From the NCBI GenBank assembly GCA_044220955.1, contig JBGAQA010000043.1:6342-47457 (forward strand): 41,116 nucleotides of DNA. Reading direction: 5' to 3'. Each line of letters opens with the position of its first letter. The stretch's first letter is position 1. Made by a program: the position numbers and the translations under genes. This document shows positions 17,657-25,499 of this stretch, one piece after another. The stretch comes from Sandaracinaceae bacterium. Its GTDB lineage: Bacteria > Myxococcota_A > Polyangia > Polyangiales > Sandaracinaceae. A model generated the notes under the pieces. It had not been told where the DNA came from. It saw only the letters and a list, made by a program, of their open reading frames with translations, and searched no databases.

Positions 17657-18858
17657 TCTTCACGACCATCGTGATGGCCCTCGTCGCCATCCGGCGAAAC
17701 GCCATGCGCTCGGTGCTCACCACCCTGGGCGTCGTCATCGGCGTCGCGTCCGTGATCGCGATGGTCACGATCGGGCGCGGAGCGACGGCGCGCGTCACGA
17801 GCGACATCAGCTCCCTCGGCAACAACATGCTCATCGCGGTGCCCGGCGCCGATCGCCGCTTCGGCAGCTCCGGGAGCGCTCAGCCCTTCACGCTCGACGA
17901 CGTCGCGGCGATCCGCGAGGAGTGCCACGGCGTCGCCGCGGTGGGGCCGACCTCGGGCGGGGCGGCCCGGGTCGTGTACGGCAACCGCAACTGGTCGACC
18001 GGCGTCACCGGCGCCGACAACGCCTACTTCGAGGTGCGCGGCTGGGACATCGCGCTCGGCCGCGACTTCATGGAGAGCGAGGTGCGCGCGGGCGCGAGCG
18101 TCTGCATCCTCGGCGAGACCGTGCGCCGCGAGCTCTTCGGCTCGGGCGACCCGCTCGGCGAGCACATCCGCGTCGCCAACGTGCCGTGCGAGATCATCGG
18201 CGTGCTCGAGGAGAAGGGCCACTCGACCTTCGGCGAGGATCAGGACGACTTCCTGGTGATGCCCCTGGTCGCGTTCCAGCGGCGCATCAGCGGTAACGAC
18301 AACATCGGTGCCGTCCTCATCTCGGCGGCGGAAGGGACCGATACGCGCGACGTGCAGCTGGAGGTGCAGTCGCTGCTGCGTCAGCGTCGGCGCATCCGCG
18401 GCGGCGAGGAGGACGACTTCGTCGTGCGCGACATGCGCGAGATCGGACAGGTGATGCAGACCGTCACGGGCGTGCTCACCGCGCTGCTCGGCTCGATCGC
18501 GGCCGTGTCGCTCCTGGTCGGCGGCATCGGCATCATGAACATCATGCTCGTCGCCGTGACCGAGCGGACGCGCGAGATCGGGATCCGCATGGCGATCGGC
18601 GCGCGCGCGAGCGACGTGATGCTGCAGTTCCTGATCGAGGCGATCACGCTCTCCATGCTCGGCGGCATCACGGGCATCCTGCTCGGGCTCGGGGGGAGCT
18701 ACGCGGCCACGCGCTACCTCGGCGTGCCCTTCGTGCCAGGCCCCGACGTGATCGCGGGCGCGTTCGTGTTCGCTGGGCTCGTCGGCGTGTTCTTCGGCTT
18801 CTACCCGGCGCGTCGCGCCGCGCAGCTGAACCCGATCGAGGCGCTGCGCTATGAGTAG
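17653..18858 (+). CDS. ABC transporter permease (MacB/FtsX-type)
   Basis: RSVLTTLGVVIGVASVI, VGGIGIMNIML.AVTERTREIGIRMAIGA, PARRAAQLNPIEALRYE. Confidence 0.95.
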   Translation: MIFTTIVMALVAIRRNAMRSVLTTLGVVIGVASVIAMVTIGRGATARVTSDISSLGNNMLIAVPGADRRFGSSGSAQPFTLDDVAAIREECHGVAAVGPTSGGAARVVYGNRNWSTGVTGADNAYFEVRGWDIALGRDFMESEVRAGASVCILGETVRRELFGSGDPLGEHIRVANVPCEIIGVLEEKGHSTFGEDQDDFLVMPLVAFQRRISGNDNIGAVLISAAEGTDTRDVQLEVQSLLRQRRRIRGGEEDDFVVRDMREIGQVMQTVTGVLTALLGSIAAVSLLVGGIGIMNIMLVAVTERTREIGIRMAIGARASDVMLQFLIEAITLSMLGGITGILLGLGGSYAATRYLGVPFVPGPDVIAGAFVFAGLVGVFFGFYPARRAAQLNPIEALRYE

Positions 18859-20371
18859 GTGGCTCGTCGTCGTCCTCGCGCTCGTGCTCGGGCTCCCGCG
18901 GCTCGCGTCGGCGCAGATGAGCGCGTCGGACGCCATCGAGGCTGCCCTCGCCGCGTATCCGGGCTACCAGGCGGCGGCCATCCAGGTCCGCCGGAGCCGC
19001 GATCACGTCCGCGCCGAGGAGGCGCGCTACCAGCTCGTGCTGCACCTCGAGGGCAACGGTAACTTCGGCAGCCAGCCGAGCCTGACGAGCTCGGGCAACC
19101 TCTTCGGGATGACCGTGCAGGGGCGCGTCATCTTTCCCTTCAGCGAGCGCGTGAACCTCATCGCCGAGCTCCAGCGCGCGTTCGACACGGGGACGCTCGT
19201 CGCCTTGCGGACCACCGGCTACGGGCTCTTCGGCCAGTCGTCGTTCGCCGGCACGTCCACGATCGCGACCACCGGCCCCGGCTATGGGCTCGACGTCGCG
19301 CTCACCGTGACGCAGCCCTTCCTCCGCGGGTTCGGGCCCGACGTCGGGGCCGCGGACCTCCACGCCGCGCGCATCGACCTGCACGCGCAGGAGGCCGCGC
19401 GCGACCTGCGCGCCGCCGAGCTCGTCCGTGACGTGCTCCAGAACTACGCCGAGCTCTGGTACGCGCAGCAGGCCGTCCGCATCGACACGGCGTCGCGGGA
19501 GACCGCCGAGCGGCAGCACGCCGATGCGCAGGGCCGGGTCGAGGTCGGCACGCTCGCGCCGGCCGACGCGCTCTCGTTCGCGACGCGCGTGGCGTCGATG
19601 GAGGAGGCGCTGGCGCTCGCCGAGGTCGAGCGACGCTCGCGGGCTCTGGCGCTGGCGACCCTGCTCGGCGCAGCCGGCGCAGGCGCCGCGTCCATCGGGA
19701 CGGCCGCGGGCCTCGACACGAGCGTCAGCGATCTGCCCCTCGTGTCGTATCCCCCGACGGACTCCGAGGCGGTCGAGCTCGCGATGGCGCGCTCCCCTCG
19801 GATCGCGCAGCTGCAGGCGCAGATCGAAGCGGCGCGCCAGGCGGCGCAGATCGCGACGCAGGCGATCATGCCGCGCCTCGACGCGCAGGCGCAGGTAGCG
19901 TTCCACGGCCTCGGTCTCGACGACGTGGGCGCCGCGTTCCAGCAGGTCGGCACCTTCTCGGCGGTCACGGCGCTCTTCAGCCTGATCTACGAGGTGCCGC
20001 TCGAGGACACGCGCCTGCACCAGGAAGAGGAGCGCGCGAGCCTTGCGATCGACGCGGCGGAGGCCTCGCTCGCGGAGGCGCGCCTCGTGATCACGCAGCA
20101 GGTCGAGACGCTGCTCCAGCAGCGGCAGGCCGCGCGGCGGCGGATCGAGCTCGCGCAAGGGACGGTCGAGATCGCCCACCGGACGGTCGAGGCCGCGCAG
20201 GGGCGCGTCGAGGTCGGCAGCGCGCAGATCACGCAGTTGCTCGACGCGCAGGAGCAGGAGCGCGCCGCGCAGCTGCGGCTCGCCCGCGCGCGGACCGATC
20301 TGGTGGTCGCGGACACCACCCTCGCGAGCCTGACGGGCCGCCTGCTGGACGACGTGGTGCTGCCGGAGTGA
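18851..20371 (+). CDS. TolC-family outer membrane efflux protein
   Basis: Signal peptide, LTVTQPFL, long amphipathic helices, PRLD, GRVEVG..ITQLLDAQ; follows the MacAB-like genes. Confidence 0.88.
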   Translation: MSRWLVVVLALVLGLPRLASAQMSASDAIEAALAAYPGYQAAAIQVRRSRDHVRAEEARYQLVLHLEGNGNFGSQPSLTSSGNLFGMTVQGRVIFPFSERVNLIAELQRAFDTGTLVALRTTGYGLFGQSSFAGTSTIATTGPGYGLDVALTVTQPFLRGFGPDVGAADLHAARIDLHAQEAARDLRAAELVRDVLQNYAELWYAQQAVRIDTASRETAERQHADAQGRVEVGTLAPADALSFATRVASMEEALALAEVERRSRALALATLLGAAGAGAASIGTAAGLDTSVSDLPLVSYPPTDSEAVELAMARSPRIAQLQAQIEAARQAAQIATQAIMPRLDAQAQVAFHGLGLDDVGAAFQQVGTFSAVTALFSLIYEVPLEDTRLHQEEERASLAIDAAEASLAEARLVITQQVETLLQQRQAARRRIELAQGTVEIAHRTVEAAQGRVEVGSAQITQLLDAQEQERAAQLRLARARTDLVVADTTLASLTGRLLDDVVLPE

Positions 20372-20991
20372 GCAACATCCGGACGCGACGGCTGCCTCGC
20401 TGCCCGCGCTGCAACCAGGCCGAGGCCGCGTGCATCTGCGACGCCCTCGTGCGCGTCGCGATCCGTACGAAGGTGCTCGTGCTCGTCCACCACCTCGAGG
20501 CGCGCAAGACGACGAACACAGGACGGCTCGCCGCGCTGGGTCTGGGCGCGCGCCTCGGCCTCTGGGGAGATCGCGACGCGGATCCGCCTGCCTTGCCCGA
20601 TGGGCGCGTGCTGCTCCTCTTCCCGTCGGAGGCTTCGCGGCCGCTCGTGCCCGGCGACGCGACGTCGGACGCGACGCTCGTCGTCCCGGACGGGTCGTGG
20701 CCGCAGGCGCGGAAGATGGCACGGCGGGTCGAAGCCGCGTGCGCCGGCCGTGTCGAGCGCGTGCGGGTCGAGGCGGGCGTCCCGAGCCTCTACACGCTGC
20801 GGCGCACGACGCGCGAGGGAGCGCTCGCCACCATCGAGGCGATCGCCTACGCGCTGTCCGTGCTCGAGGGGGACGAGGGCGCGCGCGTCATGACCGAGAC
20901 GCTCGCCCTCTTCGGGGCGTTCGTCGAGCGGCAGGCGCGACATGGTCAGCGCGCGCTGCACGCGCGCGCCGCGCGCCCCCAGTTGTCGTGA
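20368..20991 (+). CDS. DTW-domain protein (tRNA-uridine aminocarboxypropyltransferase, TapT-like)
   Basis: CPRC..CIC Zn motif, H..E..KTTNTG, LLFP, VVPDGSWPQA (DxTW variant), LATIEA; GTGA overlap with tolC. Confidence 0.88.
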   Translation: MSNIRTRRLPRCPRCNQAEAACICDALVRVAIRTKVLVLVHHLEARKTTNTGRLAALGLGARLGLWGDRDADPPALPDGRVLLLFPSEASRPLVPGDATSDATLVVPDGSWPQARKMARRVEAACAGRVERVRVEAGVPSLYTLRRTTREGALATIEAIAYALSVLEGDEGARVMTETLALFGAFVERQARHGQRALHARAARPQLS

Positions 20992-21084
20992 GCCGCTCGA
21001 CCGTCACGAAACGCACGCTCGGGCGCGCTCCGAAGCTTCCGGCGGCTTTTCGCGCGGCACGCGACGTGTAATGCCTGCCGCCTC

Positions 21085-22686
21085 ATGCTTCGCGGTGTCG
21101 CCATCCTCACGTTGGTCCTCGCCATCTCCGCTTGCGGTGCGCGCACGGGCGTGCTCTCGCAGGAGCCCCACCTGCGCGATGCGGCGCGGCCGGACGTGGG
21201 ACCCGTCGACGGGGGCCCCGACGCCAACGTCGACTCGGGCATGGACGCGGGCACGGACGCGGGCGACGACGCCGGGTTCGACGCCGGGCTCGACGCGGGG
21301 CACGACGTGGGCATCGACACGAACCCGGACACCGGCTGCATGCCGAACCCGGATGGCTGCTCCGACACGGAGAGCTGTACCAGCACGGCCGACGACGACT
21401 GCGACGGCCTGGTCGACGAGGGCTGCGACTGCGAGCCCGGCGACGTGCGCGACTGCTTCCCAGGGCCTCCTGGTCGCCGCAGCGTCGGCGCGTGCACGGA
21501 CGGCATGGAGGTCTGCGAGCTGAGCCGCAGCTGGGGCGCGTGCATGGGCGGCATCGGGCCTCAGCCCACCGTCTGTGACGGGCGCGACAACCTCTGCGAC
21601 GGCTGTAGTGCCCAGCACGACTGCCCGCTCGACTGCCCGAGCCCGGGAGATCCGCGCGTGACCGACGGCGCGCCCTTCGCTCCGTACGCGCTGCACGGCG
21701 GCGAGTTCTACCCGGGCCTCGCGCGCTCCTTCCGCTGGACCATCGAGGGCGGTCCGTGCGACTCGCTCGCGACGCACCTGGTCAGCTTCGATCTGACGGG
21801 CGCGAATACCCAGGACGCCGTGTTCACGCCGCGCCTCTCGGGCGACTACACGATCACCATGCAGGTGGTCACCGTCGAGGGAACGCTGCTCGAGTGCTCG
21901 TGGGTGGTCCACGTGACCGCGCCCGGTCTGCGCATCGAGATGTGCTACCCGGAGAGCGAGACGCAGGATCTCGACCTCGCGGTGCACCGGCCGGGCTCGA
22001 CGGCTCCCTGGTACCCGCGCCGCGGCACGGCCCAGGAGATCACGACCGAGGCGTGTAGCTGGGCCAATTGCGAGGCGATGATCCGCGGCGGCGCGGCGTA
22101 CCTGCGTGCCAACTGGGGCTATCCGCGGAGCCCGCTCGCCGCGTGCGAGAACGGCCCGCAGGGCGATCAGTGGAGGGCGCTCGGCTTCTGCGGCAACCCG
22201 CGCCTCGACATCGACAACAACCTGAGCGAGGGCATCGGCCTGCCCGAGAACATCAACATCGACACGCCCGGCGATGGCGAGGTGTTCCGGGTGATGGTCG
22301 ACAACTGGACGGGCACCATCGCGCACCCGGTGGTGAACGTGTACTGCTCGGGCCACCGCATCGCGACGTACGGCGCCGCGCCGGACACCGTGCCGCGCTT
22401 CGAGGGCAGCGTCGGCTCGGTCGCCCCGGGCGCGATGTGGCGCGTGGTCGACGTGACGACGCACGTCGCGGCGGACGGGACACTCGCGCCGGTGGGGACC
22501 GCGTGGAGCGGGCCCTCGGTCGTGGACGGCGAGAGCATCGTCGATCTGCGCGTCGCCGCGGCGCCCGCGTCGAGCGTGGTCACTGGGCCGCGGCAAGCCG
22601 GCGTGCTCGTGGCCGCGCTGATTCGGGATGCGGCGAGCGGGATGGATCGCGTGTGGCTCGGCGGCGTGTACGGGTGCGCGCCGTAG
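21085..22686 (+). CDS. Cys-rich myxobacterial lipoprotein with DxDCDG repeats and a YfaP/DUF2135-like domain
   Basis: Lipobox ISA-C-GAR; DAG repeats; DDDCDGLVDEG and CDGRDNLCDG; DLDL.VH...NPRLDIDN...PENINID. Confidence 0.8.
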   Translation: MLRGVAILTLVLAISACGARTGVLSQEPHLRDAARPDVGPVDGGPDANVDSGMDAGTDAGDDAGFDAGLDAGHDVGIDTNPDTGCMPNPDGCSDTESCTSTADDDCDGLVDEGCDCEPGDVRDCFPGPPGRRSVGACTDGMEVCELSRSWGACMGGIGPQPTVCDGRDNLCDGCSAQHDCPLDCPSPGDPRVTDGAPFAPYALHGGEFYPGLARSFRWTIEGGPCDSLATHLVSFDLTGANTQDAVFTPRLSGDYTITMQVVTVEGTLLECSWVVHVTAPGLRIEMCYPESETQDLDLAVHRPGSTAPWYPRRGTAQEITTEACSWANCEAMIRGGAAYLRANWGYPRSPLAACENGPQGDQWRALGFCGNPRLDIDNNLSEGIGLPENINIDTPGDGEVFRVMVDNWTGTIAHPVVNVYCSGHRIATYGAAPDTVPRFEGSVGSVAPGAMWRVVDVTTHVAADGTLAPVGTAWSGPSVVDGESIVDLRVAAAPASSVVTGPRQAGVLVAALIRDAASGMDRVWLGGVYGCAP

Positions 22687-22718
22687 GAGAGCGAGAGCGA
22701 GGGGCGCTCCCATCGAGA

Positions 22719-22745
22719 GCGGATGCCGGGGGAGGGGGTCGAACC
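22719..22745 (-). repeat. att site (displaced tRNA-Leu 3' fragment, distal copy)
   Basis: Identical to 25367-25393; on the minus strand it reads GGTTCGACCCCCTCCCCCGGCATCCGC (T-loop, acceptor 3' strand and 5 further nt). Confidence 0.9.
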
Positions 22746-23022
22746 AACACCGACGCGTGCGAACGCGCGGAGTTCTGCACGGCCTTCGCGGATTTCGCGT
22801 GCCTCGGAGGGGCCTGAAAATGCGGAGCCGCGTACGGGTGCGGTGCAAAGTGTGACGCATGGAACGGTCGCCCAGTTCCGGCGCCGCATGCTCGCGCTCG
22901 TGCGCGACCTCGAAGCGAGCGGCTACGTCGAGATGGCGCGCGAGCTGCGCGCTGCTCGATCGGTGGCGGTGAGGTGCGACGCGCGAGCAGTCCGAATCGT
23001 CAAGGGACGGCTCCGGAGGTAG
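22723..23022 (+). pseudogene. Probable displaced C-terminal tail of an integrase gene that spanned attP
   Basis: The ORF begins inside the att repeat (MPGEGVEP, antisense to the tRNA), has no clear RBS and ends in a short helical segment (RMLALVRDLEASGYVEMARELRAAR). The assignment is inference. Confidence 0.4.
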
Positions 23023-23028
23023 CCTCGC

Positions 23029-23784
23029 GTGATCGTGTTCTGGCGAGTGAAGCACCTCGAGACGCGCCGCGTGGTGGCGGACGACTCCTCGGCTGGGCAG
23101 GGCCGCCCGACCGTGACGCAGCTCGTCGCGGACGGTGAAGTCATCGCGAATGCCATCGAACAGACGACCTGGACCGCCAGCCGCGTCCAGCCGATCGTGT
23201 GCACGGGCTGCGGCATCGAGCACTGCGCGCCCGGTGGTTGGGTTGCGCTGCGAACCGTGGGTCCCTCGGTCCTGTGGCTCCCGGCGTTTTCCGAGATGCG
23301 CGAGAGCGACTTCGACGCGCGCGAGTACCGTCCGCCGGACTACATGGCGACGCGAGGCATCCCCACGTTCGACGAGGCGCGTGCGGCCATGCTGGTCGCG
23401 TCGATTCCGAGTGTGCCGCACGTCGAGCAATTGCTGCCGCTCCACTCAGACGAGTTGGTGCTCGCGATGCAGTGGACGGCGCCGGGCGAGATCCTCGGAA
23501 CGTTTCCCGGTCCTGCCGTCGTTCGAGAGACCGACGTGCTCGCCGTCAGTACGGGCGATCGAGACGAGTGCCTCCGCGACCTTGCTGCGCTCCTCAGGGG
23601 TGCACGCGCTGCGTCCGAGCCGGTCGTCTTGCGCCCGTGGAGCGAAGCCGACGAGCGGATCGAGTTCTACCTCGACACGCCGGGCCACCCCGTTTGGTCT
23701 CCGCTCGCCCGCGTCGATGGCGTGCTGAGGCTCCATTTCGAAGGCATCGGCGTCGACGCGGACGACAGGTCCGGATCTCGATGA
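23029..23784 (+). CDS. Hypothetical protein with CxxCGxxxC motif (island cargo)
   Basis: GGAGG RBS upstream of GTG; globular composition; VCTGCGIEHC; ATGA coupling to the next gene. Confidence 0.75.
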   Translation: MIVFWRVKHLETRRVVADDSSAGQGRPTVTQLVADGEVIANAIEQTTWTASRVQPIVCTGCGIEHCAPGGWVALRTVGPSVLWLPAFSEMRESDFDAREYRPPDYMATRGIPTFDEARAAMLVASIPSVPHVEQLLPLHSDELVLAMQWTAPGEILGTFPGPAVVRETDVLAVSTGDRDECLRDLAALLRGARAASEPVVLRPWSEADERIEFYLDTPGHPVWSPLARVDGVLRLHFEGIGVDADDRSGSR

Positions 23785-24683
23785 GGGTCTTCCACCGCTA
23801 CGTGCTTCTTTCGGACGATGCGAATGTCACGGCCGAGCTGACTCGGTTGGGGATCGCGTGCCCGCTCGAACGACGGCAGTTCGGCGACCTCACGTCCGTC
23901 ACGGGCGAGTTCGTGGTCTACGAGGATGACCCCGCGTTCACCGAGAAGCGGCGCGCGCTCGAACGCCTGGGCCTGGAGTCGAACAGCGAGGGCACCGAGG
24001 TCTCGGCAGAGGAGGAGCAAGCCGCGGCGTGGCATGTGCTGAGCGTCGAGCAGTCCGGATACCCGCAGCCCGAACGTACCTGGTTCCAGGGTGCACTTGG
24101 CGTCGATGGCACGTGTCGGACCTGCGGCTACTACGAGCGCCAGATCGCACCCTTCCGTCTCAAGACCGAGCCCAAGGCGAAGCACCGCCAGTTCCTCGGG
24201 TTGAACTGGGCGTTCGAGCCGATCTTCGCGCGCGACCCGGTGAAGGAGCTCTTCGAGCAGGAGCGCGTGAGCGGAGTGCGCTTCACGCGGCCCGTGCTGC
24301 ACCGCACGGGCGCTCCGCTAGAGACGGTCTGGCAGCTCGACCCAGAGGTGCGCCTCGCGGGCGGGTTACGGACCGAGAACCTCGTGGACGAACCATGCGC
24401 GCCCGTCACGGACGCGGCGATGCGCCGATTCCTCGCGGCGCTTGGCAGCAAACACCTCGACGGGCCGTTCTGCGGGCGGACCAGGCACAATCATCCGACG
24501 CGCGGCTTGATGACGTTCGATGCCGATGCGCCAAAGGGCGCGCCGGACGTGGTGCAGACGCGCGAGATGTTCGGCAGCGGCGCCAGCAGCGCGCGCGTCG
24601 TGCTGGTCACGAAGAGGGTCCGCGATCTCATCGTCCAACGACAGCTTCGAGGTGCATCGTTTCGCCCCGTGCTGCTCGTGTAG
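23781..24683 (+). CDS. Hypothetical protein, double-CxxCG/Imm11-like putative immunity protein
   Basis: ATG at 23781 overlaps the previous stop; CRTCG and C..FCG motifs; repeated unit 'IFARDPVKELFEQERVSGVRF' / 'LVTKRVRDLIVQRQLRGASFRPV'. Confidence 0.65.
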   Translation: MRVFHRYVLLSDDANVTAELTRLGIACPLERRQFGDLTSVTGEFVVYEDDPAFTEKRRALERLGLESNSEGTEVSAEEEQAAAWHVLSVEQSGYPQPERTWFQGALGVDGTCRTCGYYERQIAPFRLKTEPKAKHRQFLGLNWAFEPIFARDPVKELFEQERVSGVRFTRPVLHRTGAPLETVWQLDPEVRLAGGLRTENLVDEPCAPVTDAAMRRFLAALGSKHLDGPFCGRTRHNHPTRGLMTFDADAPKGAPDVVQTREMFGSGASSARVVLVTKRVRDLIVQRQLRGASFRPVLLV

Positions 24684-24714
24684 CGCGACGCGCTCGGTCG
24701 CGTGCGGCGTGCGT

Positions 24715-25113
24715 TCAGATCCGCAGGATTCGCACGGCAGGAAACGCGGCGTTGCGCACGCGCTCGAGATCGTCGAGGTCGCTGGTGTACACGATGTCCC
24801 CGCGCTGCGCCGCGGACGCGACCACGACGGCATCGACCGGGCTCGGTCCCTCACCACACTTCGCGAGTGCGGCACCGGCGATGCGCGCGAGGTCGTGTGA
24901 GAGCGGCTCCACGTCGATGCCGCGCAGGATCGTCGCGGCCGGTCCGCGTTGGTCGCGCCACCACTCGACGACAACTGCGCTGGGGACGGTGACGCGCACG
25001 CGACGGCTGATCGCGCGAGCGACGATACCGGCGGCGACCGACGGGACTCCGCGCGCCGCTGCTTTTTCGAGCGCTACCAGCGCACCCGTGTCGAGTGTCA
25101 GCCCTGGTCCCAC
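24715..25113 (-). CDS. PIN-domain (VapC-like) toxin
   Basis: LTLDTGAL (Asp1), VVVE (Glu), VDAVVV (Asp), YTSDLDDL (Asp); 132 aa; start overlaps the upstream small ORF. Confidence 0.9.
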   Translation of the reverse strand: MGPGLTLDTGALVALEKAAARGVPSVAAGIVARAISRRVRVTVPSAVVVEWWRDQRGPAATILRGIDVEPLSHDLARIAGAALAKCGEGPSPVDAVVVASAAQRGDIVYTSDLDDLERVRNAAFPAVRILRI

Positions 25114-25271
25114 TCGCGGTCGATCTCGGCGAGCTGCTCCGGCGTCGCCGGGGGATTGTGCTGGAGGATCATCGCGAGCAGTTCGCGCCGCGCCTCGATC
25201 TGCTCGGGCGTCGCTTCATCCGGCGCTCGTGCGGGCACGGCGGGCGGAACCTGTTTGCGGGCTTCGCTCAC
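25098..25271 (-). CDS. Putative antitoxin, 57 aa (not in ORF track)
   Basis: GTG 25271 to TGA 25098: VSEARKQVPPAVPARAPDEATPEQIEARRELLAMILQHNPPATPEQLAEIDREWDQG. Overlaps the PIN start by 16 nt and has an acidic C-terminal helix. Confidence 0.7.
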   Translation of the reverse strand: MSEARKQVPPAVPARAPDEATPEQIEARRELLAMILQHNPPATPEQLAEIDREWDQG

Positions 25272-25277
25272 GAGAAG

Positions 25278-25286
25278 ACGGTAGCA
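25278..25286 (-). promoter_or_regulatory. Extended -10 element for a leaderless TA transcript
   Basis: Minus strand TGCTACCGT, separated from the antitoxin GTG by 6 nt; no Shine-Dalgarno sequence. Confidence 0.45.
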
Positions 25287-25316
25287 CGCTCCGCGGGGGA
25301 CCGCCTCCGCGGCCCT

Positions 25317-25339
25317 CGTGACAGTCGGCGTGACAGTCG
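25317..25339. repeat. 11-bp tandem direct repeat near att (integrase arm-site-like)
   Basis: CGTGACAGTCG at 25317-25327 and 25329-25339, about 30 bp inside the tRNA-proximal att. Confidence 0.65.
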
Positions 25340-25371
25340 CCGAAACCGACGCATTTCTATCGCGCTGCGGA

Positions 25372-25456
25372 TGCCGGGGGAGGGGGTCGAACCCTCATGT
25401 CGCTCGCGCGACGAGGGATTTTAAATCCCCTGCGTCTGCCATTCCGCCACCCCGGC
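25372..25456 (-). tRNA. tRNA-Leu (anticodon UAA)
   Basis: Acceptor GCCGGGG/CCCCGGC plus discriminator A; D-arm GCGGAATGGCAGACGC; anticodon arm GGGGA-TTTAAAA-TCCCT; long variable arm; T-arm GAGGG-TTCGACC-CCCTC; CCA not encoded. Confidence 0.97.
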
Positions 25457-25467
25457 CGAAAGGCGGC

Positions 25468-25476
25468 AGCCTAGCA
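25468..25476 (-). promoter_or_regulatory. Extended -10 element upstream of tRNA-Leu
   Basis: Minus strand TGCTAGGCT, 11 nt upstream of the mature tRNA 5' end. Confidence 0.5.
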
Positions 25477-25499
25477 CCCTGGAGCACGTCCCTGATTGC

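Larger units (their letters stand above)
22719..25393. mobile_element. Integrase-less mini genomic island integrated at the tRNA-Leu 3' end
   Basis: Perfect 27-bp direct repeat GCGGATGCCGGGGGAGGGGGTCGAACC at 22719-22745 and 25367-25393, the latter covering the tRNA 3' end. Cargo has more A/T-ending codons and includes a PIN toxin-antitoxin pair. Confidence 0.85.

Noticed and set aside
21055..21072. Sigma-54 promoter upstream of the 21085 lipoprotein
   Set aside because: CGGCACG is present, but the -12 position reads GT instead of the conserved GC.
22719..22800. Second tRNA gene
   Set aside because: Only the T-loop and acceptor 3' strand match; no anticodon or D arm. It is an att duplicate.
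25095..25424. Independent 109-aa gene on the + strand
   Set aside because: Antisense to the antitoxin and tRNA with no RBS or motifs; only its 3' part is considered, as a possible integrase remnant.
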